Shown here piece by piece: positions 27,339 through 40,655 of a stretch of 64,000 bases of DNA. Under the pieces are notes generated by a model. That model saw only the letters and a list, made by a program, of their open reading frames with translations. It was not told the origin of the DNA and ran no database searches. This stretch comes from Octopus sinensis. Its lineage: Eukaryota. The DNA is taken from contig NC_043006.1 of the NCBI RefSeq assembly GCF_006345805.1, forward strand, positions 90,954,001 to 91,018,000, in the 5' to 3' direction. How positions within the stretch are numbered: the first letter of the stretch is position 1; every line of letters starts with the position of its first letter. The translations under genes and the position numbers were made by a program.

Positions 27339-27469
27339 TTTGCATTCATGTGCAAAAACAAGTATTTGAATGCACATTAGGGTACTGACATGAGCAGATT
27401 AATGCTAAGATTCTCAAATTTTGTGTTGAATTAGTCACGCCAGTAATACAATGGTTTGCTTTAGTTTTT

Positions 27470-29728
27470 TTGAAAGGTTGCTAAATGAAGAGAATGAATG
27501 GGAGTAAGAGAGCCTGCCGAATGTTGACCCAACAGAGGGACCAGCTATCCGAATTGACAGTACCTTGGTAGATAAAGCAATTACGGGTATGACGACAGGG
27601 AAAGCCCCTGGCCCATCAGGAATCACTGCAGAGATGCTCAAAATATCAGCCTAATCACCTGTATCGTTAACCAGGTGATACATGAAGGAGTCATACCCAA
27701 TGACTGGTGTAGCAACATAATAGTCAACTGCTACAAAGGTAAAGGTGATGCATTAAATACAAATAATTACAGAGGTATCAAGTTGTTTGATCAGGTAATG
27801 AAGATCACGGAGAGGGTCATAGCCCAACTAATTAGGGAAAGAGTCAGTCTAGATGAGATGCAGTTTGGCTTCGTGCCAGGGTTAGGGTTGATGCTATATT
27901 TCTGGTAAGACAGCTGCAGGAGAAATATCTAGCCAAAGATAAACCTCTGTACCTGGCTTTCGTTGACATGGAGAAAGCCTTTGACAGGATCCCCTAATCT
28001 CTTATCTGGTGGTCAATGAGGAAACTAGGGATACATGAATGGTTAGTGAGAGCTGTGCGAGCCATGTACAGGGACGCTGCTAGTAAGGTGAGGGTTGGCA
28101 ACGAGTACAGTGAAGAATTCCGGGTAGAGGTAGGGGGTCCACCAAGGTTCAGTCCTCAGCCCCCACCTATTTATCATAGTCCTCCAAGCAATAACGGAAG
28201 AATTCAAGACAGGATGCCCCTGGGAGCTCCTCTATGCTGATGACCTTGCTCTAATTGCTGAGTCACTATCAGAACTAGAGGAAAAGTTTCAGGTGTGGAA
28301 GCAAGGATTAGAATCAAAGGGCCTTAGAGTCAACCTAGCTAAAACCAAAGTCTTAATAAGTAGGAAGGCAGACAAACCACAAATCCCTGCTCGATCTGTA
28401 GAAAAGGCGTAGGTAGAAACTCCATAAGATGTACCCAGTATAAGCTATGGACACATAAGAGGTGCAGCAATATGAAATGGAGACTAACTGGGAAGATAGT
28501 TTTTGTATGTGGCAAATGCTCAGGTGTTATAAACACTGAAAATGTGCAGAGAACAGCTTCTGTCACATTCCAGATAGAAAAACTAGAAGTAGTTGATAGC
28601 TTAGTTGATCCTAAGGGACCAAGTCAGTAGCAGGGGTGGTTGCTCTGAAAGTGTAGCTGCTAGAATAAGAATAGCCTGGGCAAAGTTCAGAGAGCTCCTG
28701 CCTCTGCTGGTGACAAAGGGCCTCTCGCTCAGCATAAAAGGTAGACTGTATGATGCATGTGTGCGAACAGCCATGCTATGTGGCAGTGAAGCATGGGCTG
28801 TGACTGCTGAGGATATGTGTAAGCTCGCAAGGAATGAAGCCAGTATGCTCCGCTATATGTGTAATGTCAGTATGCATACACGACAGAATGTAAGTATCTT
28901 GAGAGAAAAGTTGAATTTAAGAAGCATTAGATGTGGTGTGCAAAAGAGAGGACTGCGCTGGTATGGTCATGTGTTGTGAATGAATGAGGACAGCTGTGTG
29001 AAAAAGTGTCACACCCTAGCAGTTGAGGGAACCTGTGGAAGAGGTAGACCCAGGAAAACCTCGGATGAGGTGGTGAAGCATGACCTTCAAACATTGGGCC
29101 TTACCGAGGCAATGACTAGTAACTGTGATATACTGTGCTTGAGAAGATCGACAAGCCAAGTAACCAGCCCATTTATGGATACCCCTCATTCATTAGACAA
29201 TAAACTTTGCTTGTGAAGACCTATTGAGGCAAGTGAAATCAAAATTGGCCATCGACAGTACTGCCTGATTGGCACTCGTGCCAGTGGAACATTAAAAGAA
29301 GCATATCTGACCATGATTGTTGCCAGGGCCATGGATTGGCTCTTGAGCCGCTGACATGTGAAAAGCACCATTCGAGCATGATCATTGCCAGTGTCGCCGT
29401 ACCAGTACATGTGCCGGTGGCACATGAAAAACAACATTCGTGCATGGTTGTTGCCAATGCTACCAGACTGGCTCCTGTGCAGGTAGCACGTAAAAACTCC
29501 TTTTGAGTATGGTCATTGCCAGAACCGTCTGACTGGCCCTCGTGCTGGTGGCACGTAAAAAGCACCCACTACACTCTCAGAGTGGTTGGTTTTAGGAAGG
29601 GCATCCAGCTGTAGAAACTTTGCCAAATCAGACTGACCCTGGTGCAGCATCTGTCTCACCAGTTTTCAGTCAAACCGTCCAACCCATGCCAGCATGGAAA
29701 GTGGACGTTAAACGATGATGATGATGAT
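27470..29728 (+). mobile_element. 5'-truncated, decayed RTE copy (RT to 3' UTR with (GAT)n tail)
   Basis: Translates to ERLLNEENEW, NYRGIKLFDQ, LYADDL, RIAWAKFRELLPLL, LRWYGHV, with stops and frameshifts. Ends ...catggaaagtggacgttaaacgatgatgatg. Collinear with the 52-56 kb copy. Confidence 0.93.
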
Positions 29729-30208
29729 TTAGAAACAATAATTATTCGAATATGATAGTTTTTATTACTTTTCACACTCTCTTGCAAACTGAGATGGGTT
29801 TTCGTTGAGATGAGCTGATTTCAACACCTTGTCCATTTGAGGCAATTCACTTTACTGCTCAGTCTAATATGATCAGTAAGTCTGCAAGAAATAGCAGCGA
29901 AATCTGTCTCAAATTACAGCCTGAATCTTTAAAATGGGAAGGACATATTGGGCAATGTACTTCTGAGATGTGCAATGCTCAAACGATGGATGAAGTATGA
30001 ATGGCCAGATTCTGTTTGGTTAGTCAGGACAGACTTACTTGGTTCTAAACATCAACTAATGTTGCTAATGCTATTAGGAATGGCACAAAGTCCATTTGCT
30101 ACTGTCCCTTTCTTTATAAATTTGTCTGATGTGTTGCTTTGATTAAGAAACCAATTTTTATAAACACAAAGGAAAATAACTGATGGTCTGGAAATGGGTG
30201 TGCACATG

Positions 30209-30257
<49 letters not shown>

Positions 30258-32029
30258 ATATTACACTGCATACATTTGTAGTAAATAAACTGCTACATAT
30301 TCTTTGAATTCCATTATAATTATTAGATTTTTAAATGCTTTTCTTAATGAAAAAAATTTATAAATTTATATGTAAATAAAGATAGTTTTTTTTTCCAAAT
30401 TTATGTTGAAATTGCAATATTTCTTATTATCCATCAAACCTATCAGTGAACTCTCCCTACCTCGGTAGAATTTCTGCTCTTCAAAGAATTTTTCTCTGTC
30501 TAATTTCTCTCTCTGTATCTGTCGTCTATAAATCAGCTGCAGATCACCTATGATTATAGTTTATTGTAATTATAGTCATCTATAATTGTATTGTGTACTT
30601 GTTCCTATTGCAGTTATTTTCTTATGATCTTAATTACTTTAATTGCTGCTATGGAATAATTGAACTTGGTTAATCATATATATTTAATGAACAGATTACT
30701 TCTTTAAAACTATCTGATTATATTATTTGAATCATTTTTGTTTATAAAGGCTTGTAAGGAAAGGAAAAGAGACCTACTAATATAGTGGAAGCAAAAAACA
30801 TCTACCTTAAAATATTTATAGATTTGGTTTTATTCTTTGTGCTGTTTCACAAATTTCTATGCTTCCTCTAACAGATTCAGTCTGTATTTAAATATTAGTT
30901 TTGTAAATGAAATAAGGATAAAAGTAAAAGTGAAGAAAATTAGGTCCTCCACCTCCACCCCACTCCAAACTGTCTTGTCATCTTGCTTTTTATTCCATAT
31001 CCACGAGACAGAAATGTAATTAACAAAAGATATTTGCAGTGAAGTATTCAAATCTAGTTGTAGAAATTGAACAGGCTTAGTCTTTGTAATTAAGAGAACT
31101 TGTCCATAAGGGTGTTGTGGGTCTTTGTTGGCGAGTCTTTTGAGTGAAGGGTTTGCCTAGAATGTTAAAAGCTTCATCCCCTCTGCACTAACTCTTTATG
31201 CTTTCCTTTTTATTCTAGGTTCAGTTTTACACTTCACAGTTAACTTCACTGATATCAACTAATGAAGTGCAATTTAATTACTTCTAAGGAATCATAATTA
31301 ATGTTTTGTGGTTTTTTGCTATATGTATTTGATTACTAAATTAGATACACTGTCTGTGAACACACTATTCAAATTATCTAATTGATTATATCTTCATTAA
31401 TTCTTCATTGCTTAACAAATGGCTCAGTAGAAAACAGTCAAAGCAATCTATTTGTATCCCATTATTTTAAGAAAAAAGGAAACCTCAAAATTTCCATCAT
31501 GTTTCAATTAATTTTGAAAATAATCAAGAATTTGAAGGGATTTTTGCAAAATAATTAACTTTCTTCATTATCAAGCTGTTGTTTGAAACAATAAAATGTT
31601 CCATGATGGAAGGTTTCAATTTAAATATGAACAAGTTAAAAGGGGCAATTTGTATCACAGGTAGAAACAGTTTTACATGGGTCAATATCTAAAGTGCTAA
31701 AATAAATATTTGACCATGCTGTAGTGGCATTTTAGGCTGAAGGTCTAAGACTGTCTTTTCATCAGGTCACATTTCAGTTGCAGTGAAACTGATGCATTGA
31801 CATTTGCAATTGAAAAGTGAAATATTTTGATTGTTAGATGTTTTCACTAAATTTTGATTTGAACCCTTTATTCCAATGGAGGAGCCCCGGATACTCTCCT
31901 ATACAAAATCTCCAAGCAATCTCTATTATGTTAGTTGTAAGCGCATGACGTGTTTAGTGTGACTTTGATTTGAGAGGCATGAACATTAAAAACTTCCATT
32001 TGTCATTCCCTTTTGATCGTTCATCACCT

Positions 32030-32220
32030 AAGGTATTTAGTTCAAGCTCTTTGCATCCTGAGTTCAAATCCTGCTGAGGCCAGTTTTGCTTTTCAGCCTT
32101 TCAATGGTTGTTAAAATAGAGTATCAGTCTAGCACTAGGGTTGGGATGGGGGGGGAGTGAATGTAATCAACTAATCCCTTCCCCCAAACTAGTCCTTGTA
32201 CCTAAATTAGAAACAATTAT
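32030..32220 (+). mobile_element. SINE, same family
   Basis: gagttcaaatcc, ttttgcttttcagcctttc..taaaatagagta. Confidence 0.7.
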
Positions 32221-32375
32221 TTATGCATTCTGTTGCTTATTTCATTATTTCTCACTAATAAAAAAGGAGAAATAATTTGGTTTTTGGTTTCCTATCATAT
32301 TCCTTTAGTAAAAGACACAAATTTCAATGGGGCTGAGGTGATCTTCTTGGCTGAATTTAACTCTATATAATCTAC

Positions 32376-32454
32376 CTGATACTTAAGAACAAAAAAGAAC
32401 TCTTGCAAAGCAGTCAGACGTTTTGTCATTCCTGCTGCACCATCTCTCTTGATT
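32376..32454 (-). CDS. Candidate exon (79 nt, IKRDGAAGMTKRLTALQEFFFVLKYQ)
   Basis: Acceptor ctttactttcaattataacag, donor CAG|gtagat; one open frame. Confidence 0.28.
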
Positions 32455-33594
32455 CTGTTATAATTGAAAGTAAAGCCAGTTCTTTGCATTCTTGTCTATG
32501 TATATATCAAATCTCTAAATGTCTGTCTCTATTTGCCTATCTATTTTTATCTTACGAAAAAGCTTGCCATTTATTGGGATATCATTAAATCTTAAGAGTT
32601 CTATTGAATCTCCAAATAATTAAAAGACAAACTAATTTCAAGATTCAAAAGTAAACATGTTGAATATATTTTCATCCTGCTCATGTCTCTTTTTCATGTC
32701 AAATCAGCTTAAATGTCATTCAAAGTGTTTGTATAGTTGTTTATCTACATTACTGACAGTTGAAAGATTCTAATACCATCGGCTATAATAGTTTTCCTCC
32801 AAGTATTCATCATTTATTTCCATTACTTACACAGTATCAATCAGCTTCTAGAATAGTATTTACCATTTCTTATTGCTGTGACAATAATCAATAGAATAAA
32901 AAGCTTCCACAGAGACTTTAGCATTAACTGCATAGCAATTTAGTTGAGTGTTAGGAATTAGAGATGTTGCATCGTCTTCAGAACGGAATACCAAGTAGAG
33001 TAAATAGATGAAGAATCTTGGCAACATTTCAACACACTTCTAAAGTCAGGGGGTATTTTCCATCTCTTTAGGGATCAGACCAATCTTGTTTAAAGATGAG
33101 ATAGAAATACTTTCTTTGATTGAAAGCAATTTCGAGTATTGAAAAGTTGTTGGAGTCTTAAAAAGTAGAACAATCAACTAATTTACTGTTTAATAATTTG
33201 TTTGGTCATTGTTAACTGATAATTTTTTTATTATTCATTTAATATCATTATAATATTCAATCAGTATGATAATGAAATTCATTATAAAATGCAAATGAAC
33301 AAATTCCCAATGCAATAATTTTGTAATTTTCATTAAAGCATAAAATACAATTCCCAGAAAAAAAAAATGCAAAGATTCATGTGTATATAAATATTACATT
33401 ATCACTTTCTTATTACAGCTGTAATTTAAATTATTTATGTGACACACCAGTTAGTCGAATACATTTGCATTTTTATTAAATTTTCTTTCTTACATTTTTT
33501 ACATGTACTTTTAAAAGAAAGGCACGTTTCTTGTGTGTTATCAAGTTTCTATTAGCCTCGACAATTGTCGTCGTTATCATCACCTTTATCAACA

Positions 33595-33955
33595 TCCTCC
33601 TCCTCCTCCTCATCATCATCATCGTTTACTGTCTGCTTTCCTTGCTAGCATGGGTTGGACGATTGACTGAAAGCTGGTGAACCAGATGGCTGCACCAGGC
33701 TTCAATCTTGATCTAGCAGAGTTTCTACAGCTGGATGCCCTTCCTAACACCTACCACTCCGAGAGTGCAGTGGGTGCTTTTACGTGCCACTGGCACGGGG
33801 CCAGTCAGGCGGTACTGGCAATGACCTCACTTGAATCTTTTACACATGCTAACGGCACAGGTGCCAGTAAGACGATGCTGGTAACGATCACGCTTGAATG
33901 ATGTCTTTTACGTGCCACCAGCACGGAGGCCAGATAGCTGCTCTGGCAATGATCA
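33595..33955 (-). mobile_element. RTE 3' UTR fragment
   Basis: catcatcatcgttt...gctagcatgggttggacg...ctggatgcccttcctaac plus gtgccac sub-repeats shared with other copies. Confidence 0.85.
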
Positions 33956-36477
33956 ATTTGTTTGTGGTAGTATTAATTTTATGTGCTATCATAAATATCT
34001 TAGGACCTAAAACTCATAAACTTGAACTGATTGTCCTCTCATGTAAAGTTTTTATTTCCTCTGTTTAATGAAGTGTTAAAATTAACATATATATTAAAGT
34101 TTATATAGATAGGGAAGTTGTATGCTTAAAATAGGAGGAAATAGGATCATTATTGAAGAATTATCTAGAATTTTTAATATTTTAAGTAAATCATCATTCA
34201 GCAATAAGCATACAACAAATAAGCCCTTCTCTATGAGATCAGTCTCATTTACAAATATCAATTTGTATGCTTATCATTGTATGTGTTGTACATTTTGTGA
34301 TGAATAATAATTAACTAAATGCTCTGAGATCCTATCTCCCATCTATCATGACGATCTCCTTCTTCCTCTACTTAAAGCTTATATCTGGAATAGTTCATGA
34401 CTTGATAACAAAATGGAATTGATATCTTTAATGGAATCCATTTAAACCTTTTTGCTTGTCTTTGAAGTCCTTTTGCTTTATCAACATTATCTTTTGTCTA
34501 AATATCAACTGTTTGGCTTTCCATGCAACATGTCAAACTAGTTATCAGAATAACTTGTTGCTCCATAGGCAATTTGTTTCTTCTCTCTTGAAACCTTCTC
34601 TCAGTTAATTGGTTTGTTATTAAAAGAGCTCCAAGCTGATTTTTTTTTCTTTAATCACAAATTATCGTTGATGTTTCAAGTAAATTGTGTTTAAAAGTGT
34701 GAAACAGACAAAAGGAAACTAAATAAAAGAAGAAAATTAAAATACTCATTTTTCTTATTTCTTTTCCCCATATTGTCTACATAAAAGTTCACTGGATGTT
34801 TTTCTAGTGAAGTTTTTTTAAAATCTTAATCATTTCTTTATTGTTAGATAGTGCCATTTTAGTAAATAAATATGTTCTGTTTGTGCATCATAATTCTTTA
34901 ATAATAACGAGTATGTAAATTAACATTCTGATAATTTAATACCTTTTGATATTTATAATGACTCTTAATTTTTAAATATTTCATTATTTTCCATCATCCA
35001 AAATCGCATTTTTTATGAAGTATTTAATTTGAGTTATTTCCTGATAATTAGCAATATTTCCTGACATAAAGTTACAGTTTATGTTCAAAAGATTTATTTG
35101 AAAATATATGTATTTAGCAATATCTTTTCATGGAAAAGTTCATTTAATACTTGCTCAAAGCAACTTGTTCTAGTTAACTCTTAAGATTTAAAACAATTAT
35201 TTAAACAACTTTAAATGTGAAAATGTTAGAATTTCAAAAAGCTAGTGGATAATAAATATCTACACAATTATTATGAGGCTATTTTGTATTTCACTTTGTA
35301 ATATAATGTTAATGTATGCACTTGCATTTAAATTCTGTATAAATACATATGAATATTCATTTAAAATCAAAGTTAGGTTTAGTAGGTTCAAAGCATTCCA
35401 TTCTGCTTGACTGTACAATTTATCTCACTTTTATATACAATTAATTTCTTTTCTTTTTTTTTTCTTCTTTCTAAATATCTTCTTTTATTTGTTCTTAAAG
35501 ATGAGTGAACTCAACAGATGATTCTCTTTTGATTCCTTATTTCATTGACCATTGTTTAGTATGAAAACGTACCCCTTTTCACATTCCCATATTATCCTAG
35601 CTTACAATTTTTAAAACTTCATAGTCACTAAACCAGTGTCATCTACTTCATTCACTTCTTTGATCAAAGAGATACCCACAAGAGTCTGGCTAATGCTTTT
35701 CTCATGCTCTGTACTCAGATGAGACAATGTTGCCTGTGTTTTGGTAATTTCAAAATATTTTCTTAGAAATCTACCTCACATTTGAAATGACATCTATAAC
35801 AGAATGTGAATTTATGTCCTAACGCTAATTTTTGATAATTTAATTTTTTTTTTTCATTTTATCTATTCATTTATTTATTTTTCCTGTTTACTCCAAAAGA
35901 AAAAATTCTCTTAATTATAGTTGTTCATTGTTTGATGCTGCTTTTTTCAGATTTTTATGGTTAAAATTATCACTTTTCAATGCAATTCTTTTTATGAGAG
36001 TATTATACAATATCACAATGTGCAGAGCTTCAGAGTATCGACTAAAGTTATAAATATTTTCTGTAAGGCAATTAAAGCTGTAGTTATTTCAATAAGAGAA
36101 AAATGAAAATTATTATGTCTACCATAATCAATGAACTGTTCAGAATACAATAACCAACATCAAGCTGGAAATAGATTTAACTAGTCTTGGGAAGTATTCT
36201 AAGCACAAATTAATTTCTGTGATAACTGTAAAAGCAGTTTAATTTTTCCATGTCATTTATACATTAATAATACTTAATTTTTTCTTTTTGTTTTGTACTT
36301 TAAATATTTTGCAATATGCGATTTTATTTGGCTTATACTTTTGACTCAATGACTAAAATATGTTATGCAAAGATCTGCTTATAAGAAAATTTATCATCAT
36401 AATTATTCAATATTTTATGGTTTAGAAGCATATTTCATGTTTTCTATCTATTTGTCTGTCTGTTTATCTATCTATAA

Positions 36478-36519
<42 letters not shown>

Positions 36520-36849
36520 GAATATGACGGATCATTCTTTTGGTTAGAGTTTTGCATTATACTTAGAAAATGAATCATATTTAAATATTTATTTAAAGCC
36601 CCAACTTTATTAATATTTCATATATTTTTGCATGACTCACAAGTCTTTTCAAGGACATATTCAGCAGTAGTACTCAATGTGTATGCAAAACAAACTGTAG
36701 ACGTAATATGCATTCATTTATACAGACAATCCCACCACAGTTGTTTAGACTGAAAGTCATATGAAGTGTCACTTGATAAAATATTCATTCAAAACAGCTG
36801 CAGAGTGAACGTCTGTATATACATATGTATGTCTATACATGTGTATGTG

Positions 36850-37265
36850 TGTTCTTTTATTCTTTTACTACTTTCAGTCATTAGACTGCGGCCATGCTGG
36901 GGCACCACCTTGGAGAATTTTAGCCAAATGAATCAGCCCCAGTACTTTGTTTTCATTTTCTAAAGCCTTGTACTTATTCTATCAGTGTCTTTTGCTGAAC
37001 CGCTAAGTTATGGAGACATGAACACACCAACACTGGTTGTTAAGCAGTGGTGGGGAAAAACAGATTCTCACACACACACATACATATATACTTTTATATA
37101 TACACACACAATGGGCTCTTTCATTTTCTGTCAACCAAATCCACTCACAAGGCTTTTGATTGGCCTGAGGCTATAGCAGAAGACACTTGCCCAAGGTTCC
37201 ACACAGTGGGATTGAACCCAGAACCATGTGGTTGGGCAGTAAGCTTCTTACCACTCAGCCATGCC
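36850..37265 (-). mobile_element. Composite SINE: second-family head + (CA/TA)n + downstream module
   Basis: gacacttgcccaagg, gggattgaacc (B box, reverse complement); module ttttgctgaaccgctaagtta..gtacttattctatc; same arrangement at 60040-60380. Confidence 0.75.
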
Positions 37266-38542
37266 TGGGTGTGTGTATATACCTCTTTCTCTTTCTCCAT
37301 ATATATATATATATATATGGAGAGAGAGAGATACACACACACATATATACATACATAGAGAGGGGGAGAGAGAGATGTATGTACATGTGACATTTAAGCG
37401 TGTCTTTTCTGATTATATGAATGCATCCTATAAAAAAAAAGGAGACAATTTTTAAATGAAGAACAAAGCTCCACCACAGGAATTTTGATAACAGTAGTGA
37501 AACTGAATTTTTGGAAAGTCTTGTTCACATTTCTGCTGATAAAGTTTTTGTTTGTGAAGTGCATTTTAACTGATCATTATCTTTGCTTGAAAACTAGCTT
37601 TTTCAGATCACAGCTTGGACATTTACTCACAAAACTAAGTGCATAAATAACAGTAATAGGCATAAATTTGGATTTATAATCTCTGTGTGTGAGGTACATG
37701 TTACAAGTAAAGACTTATGTTAGGCTGTAGGCATTGATAAAATTGTCAACTAAAGGCTTTGCCCTGAGATGGTGTAAAAATACTTTTGAAACAAAAAGAA
37801 GTATTTGCTGCTGCATGTGTATGTGTGTGCACATGCTTTTCTATTTACTCTCCGCATTACATATAATATGTACGTGTGTGTGTGTGTGTGTGCACATGTA
37901 TGTATTTATACGAAGCTGATGTATATGCATTATTGTAAGTAGTACAATTTGAGTTTATCTAAGCAAGATATTCATCCAGTGAGAATGCACAGTGATTCAA
38001 TGAGTGGTTGGTGCTATAACTTGATGTTTGAATGAAACAAATTATAAAAAATAAAATGGGCTTCGAATTTCCCACAAGTTGTCACATTTAGATGTTTCAC
38101 TGACTCTTCACCTCACCAGTCAAACTTAAACGAAAAGTAGTCACTTAATTTAGTTGCACAATGCATAGCAGTTGTTGACATAAATTGACTTAGAACAGAT
38201 TTTTAAAAAAATTTTGTGGTCGTTTTGGAGATCAGCAAGAAATAATTCTTGGAAAGTTAGTGACAAATACTGGAGGAATAAAAGTTAGACTGCTTAACTT
38301 TCACTACATGCCAGCAGTGAAATGGTAGGTGGAGAAACATTGAACCTAGGCAGTGTAATGTTATTTAATCTGAATGAGATAATCATTGAGAGTGCTGAAC
38401 AGCTTGACAGATAATTGGTACATTTATAAAGATAGGATACATATATATACATGAGTAACAATAAAAAAAGGAACTGAGTGGAATGTTTTTATGCATGGGT
38501 GCAAACATAAACATTATTAAACAATTGAACAGATATATATAT

Positions 38543-38575
<33 letters not shown>

Positions 38576-38619
38576 GTTTGTATGTATTTATATGTGTATG
38601 TATGTAAACACACATGCAT

Positions 38620-38652
<33 letters not shown>

Positions 38653-38774
38653 TCATTATTTCTAAATTATATTCTCAATTGAAATAAAATGTTTTTAAAA
38701 AATGGCTCAGTCAACAGAAGCAAATACATGTGATACAAAACACACACAAACACACACACACTGATCACATATAC

Positions 38775-38900
38775 CTTCCTCAGTAATGACACTGAGGAGT
38801 GGAGCTGCAAACTCTCCCTTCCAGTAAGAGACACCTGTACTTTCAGTCTTAGTGTTTTTGTTTTTGTCCAGGTGATCTGTGGATGGGGTTTGACTCTCAT
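38775..38900 (-). CDS. Candidate 126-nt exon; two frames open, so product is ambiguous
   Basis: GC-richer island, donor AAG|gtatat, weak acceptor ttacag. Confidence 0.22.
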
Positions 38901-39109
38901 CTGTAATTTTACTAAGTGTGCTGTTTTGTGGTCTTTGTTGGTATTTTTAGGGGGAAAATTTGGTATACAGGCAGAACCAGTAAAATCTGTGATGGATGGA
39001 ATGTATTTTTTCAACTGGAACATTGCCATTCATTTTTGTCAGAAAATATGTGGTACTTGTGAATACTTTAAATATGTTTATGTTCTGATGTTAATTGTTG
39101 TTAGAATAA

Positions 39110-39985
39110 TACATCATCATCATCATCATCACGCTTTAACATCTGTTTTCCATGCTGGCATGGGTTGGATGGTTTGACCAGAGTTGGCAAGCCAGAGAGC
39201 GGCACCAGGTTCCAGTCTGCTTTGGCTTGGTTTCTATAGCAGAGTGCCCTTCCTAATGCCTACCACTTTACAGTGTATGCTGGGTGCTTTTAATGTGCCA
39301 CTTGCACGAGTGCTTTTACATGGCACTGGCATGAGTTTCACTTATGTGGCACCGGCATTAGTGCTTTTTACATGGTACCAGCGCAAGACTCTTCACCAGG
39401 GGATGGGGCCCTTAACACTTGTGCTGTGAAAGTTGAGTCTTCTTGACTACAGCAAGGCACCAGGTATCCCAGTCCTTTGTCATCTCTTCTGAAAGATTCA
39501 GCATCCTGAGTTTGTACTTCAGTACTCCATCCCATGACTTCGACTTCCTGGCTCTCCCTCTTTCATGAGTTGCAACGACTTTGAAGATCAGCACTTCTTT
39601 ATGGAGCTGTCAGCATCCATCCACATCACATGACCAAACCAGTGCAGTCTTCTCTCTTGCACATCGCATCTAATTCCTCTTATGTTTAACTTCTCTCTCA
39701 ACACACTAACACTGTCACAATAGCACACTAACATTACACATCCAGTGGGGCGTACTAGCCTCATTCCTCTCTAAGCCTTCACATGTCCTCTGCATTCAGG
39801 GCCCACATCTCACCACCATGTAGAATTGCTGTCTGTAAACATGCCTCATATGATCTTCCTTTGACTTGGAGATTGCCAACAGAGGTGAAAGCTCTCTGAA
39901 TTTTCTCCATCTTATACTTATTCTAGCTATTACACTCTCCATTACATCCACTCCCTCTACTAATTTTGGCCCCTAGGTAGCAGAA
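39110..39985 (-). mobile_element. Diverged RTE-family 3' fragment
   Basis: RTE tail at 39110-39300; minus strand encodes RGRARKSKSWDGVLKYKLRMLNLSEEMTKD and an LHWFGHV-like C-terminus. Confidence 0.8.
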
Positions 39986-40399
39986 ATTATCCACTACCCC
40001 TAACGAGCCTCTGGAGCCATTTGAGAAAATCAATTACCTGAGTGTGGAAGTTATTTTGTTGTTGAAGCCAAAATGTAGTCTTTATCTTGTTTAGGTTTAC
40101 TGGTGTATACACATATCTCATCACCATCGTTTTAATGTCCATTTTTTCATGCTTGGTTGAGTTAGACAATAACTTTTCTTTGGCCTGATACTGTTCCTGT
40201 TGTCAGTTCTCACCTGTTTCCAAGCATGGTAATATTTCTCCATGTCTGTCAAGTAACAAATATCCTGGATGTGCTTTCATGGGGCATTATAAACAAACAA
40301 CACTGCCAGTATATATGATGGCTCTCTGTTTACAATCAACATGTGCATGACAAGGCAAAAGGAATTTATACTTAATCGTGTGTGCATATGCACTTAGCT

Positions 40400-40655
40400 T
40401 GGTGCAGGTACGGCTGTGTTGATAAAACGTTTGCTTCCTAGCCCAGGAGTTTTTGGTTCAGTCCCATTGCACAGTACCTTGAGCAAGTGTCCTCTTTTGT
40501 AGCCCAGGCCAACCAAAGCCTTGTGAATGAAACTGGAAGAAAGCCATCACTGTATATGTGTGTGTTGGCATTTGCTTTCCTCTGAAAATCTCCGAGTTAC
40601 AAGCAATGACATTGTTGCCATTTCATAGCAAGTGAACTTCTTAACCACATAGCCA
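40400..40655 (+). mobile_element. Second-family SINE with an inverted head remnant at its right end
   Basis: caggtacggctgtg..ggttcagtcccattgc..ccttgagcaagtgtc; cttcttaaccacatagccatgcctg in the opposite orientation. Confidence 0.65.

Noticed and set aside
29270-29570. Regularly spaced repeats that superficially resemble a CRISPR array
   Set aside because: The intervening sequences are homologous to each other, the array lies inside a LINE 3' UTR, and there are no cas genes.
34270-34620. Minus-strand frame of about 120 codons with only two internal stops; considered stop recoding by A-to-I editing
   Set aside because: No recognisable homology or convincing splice sites; frames this long arise by chance in 64 kb, and nothing in the DNA supports editing.
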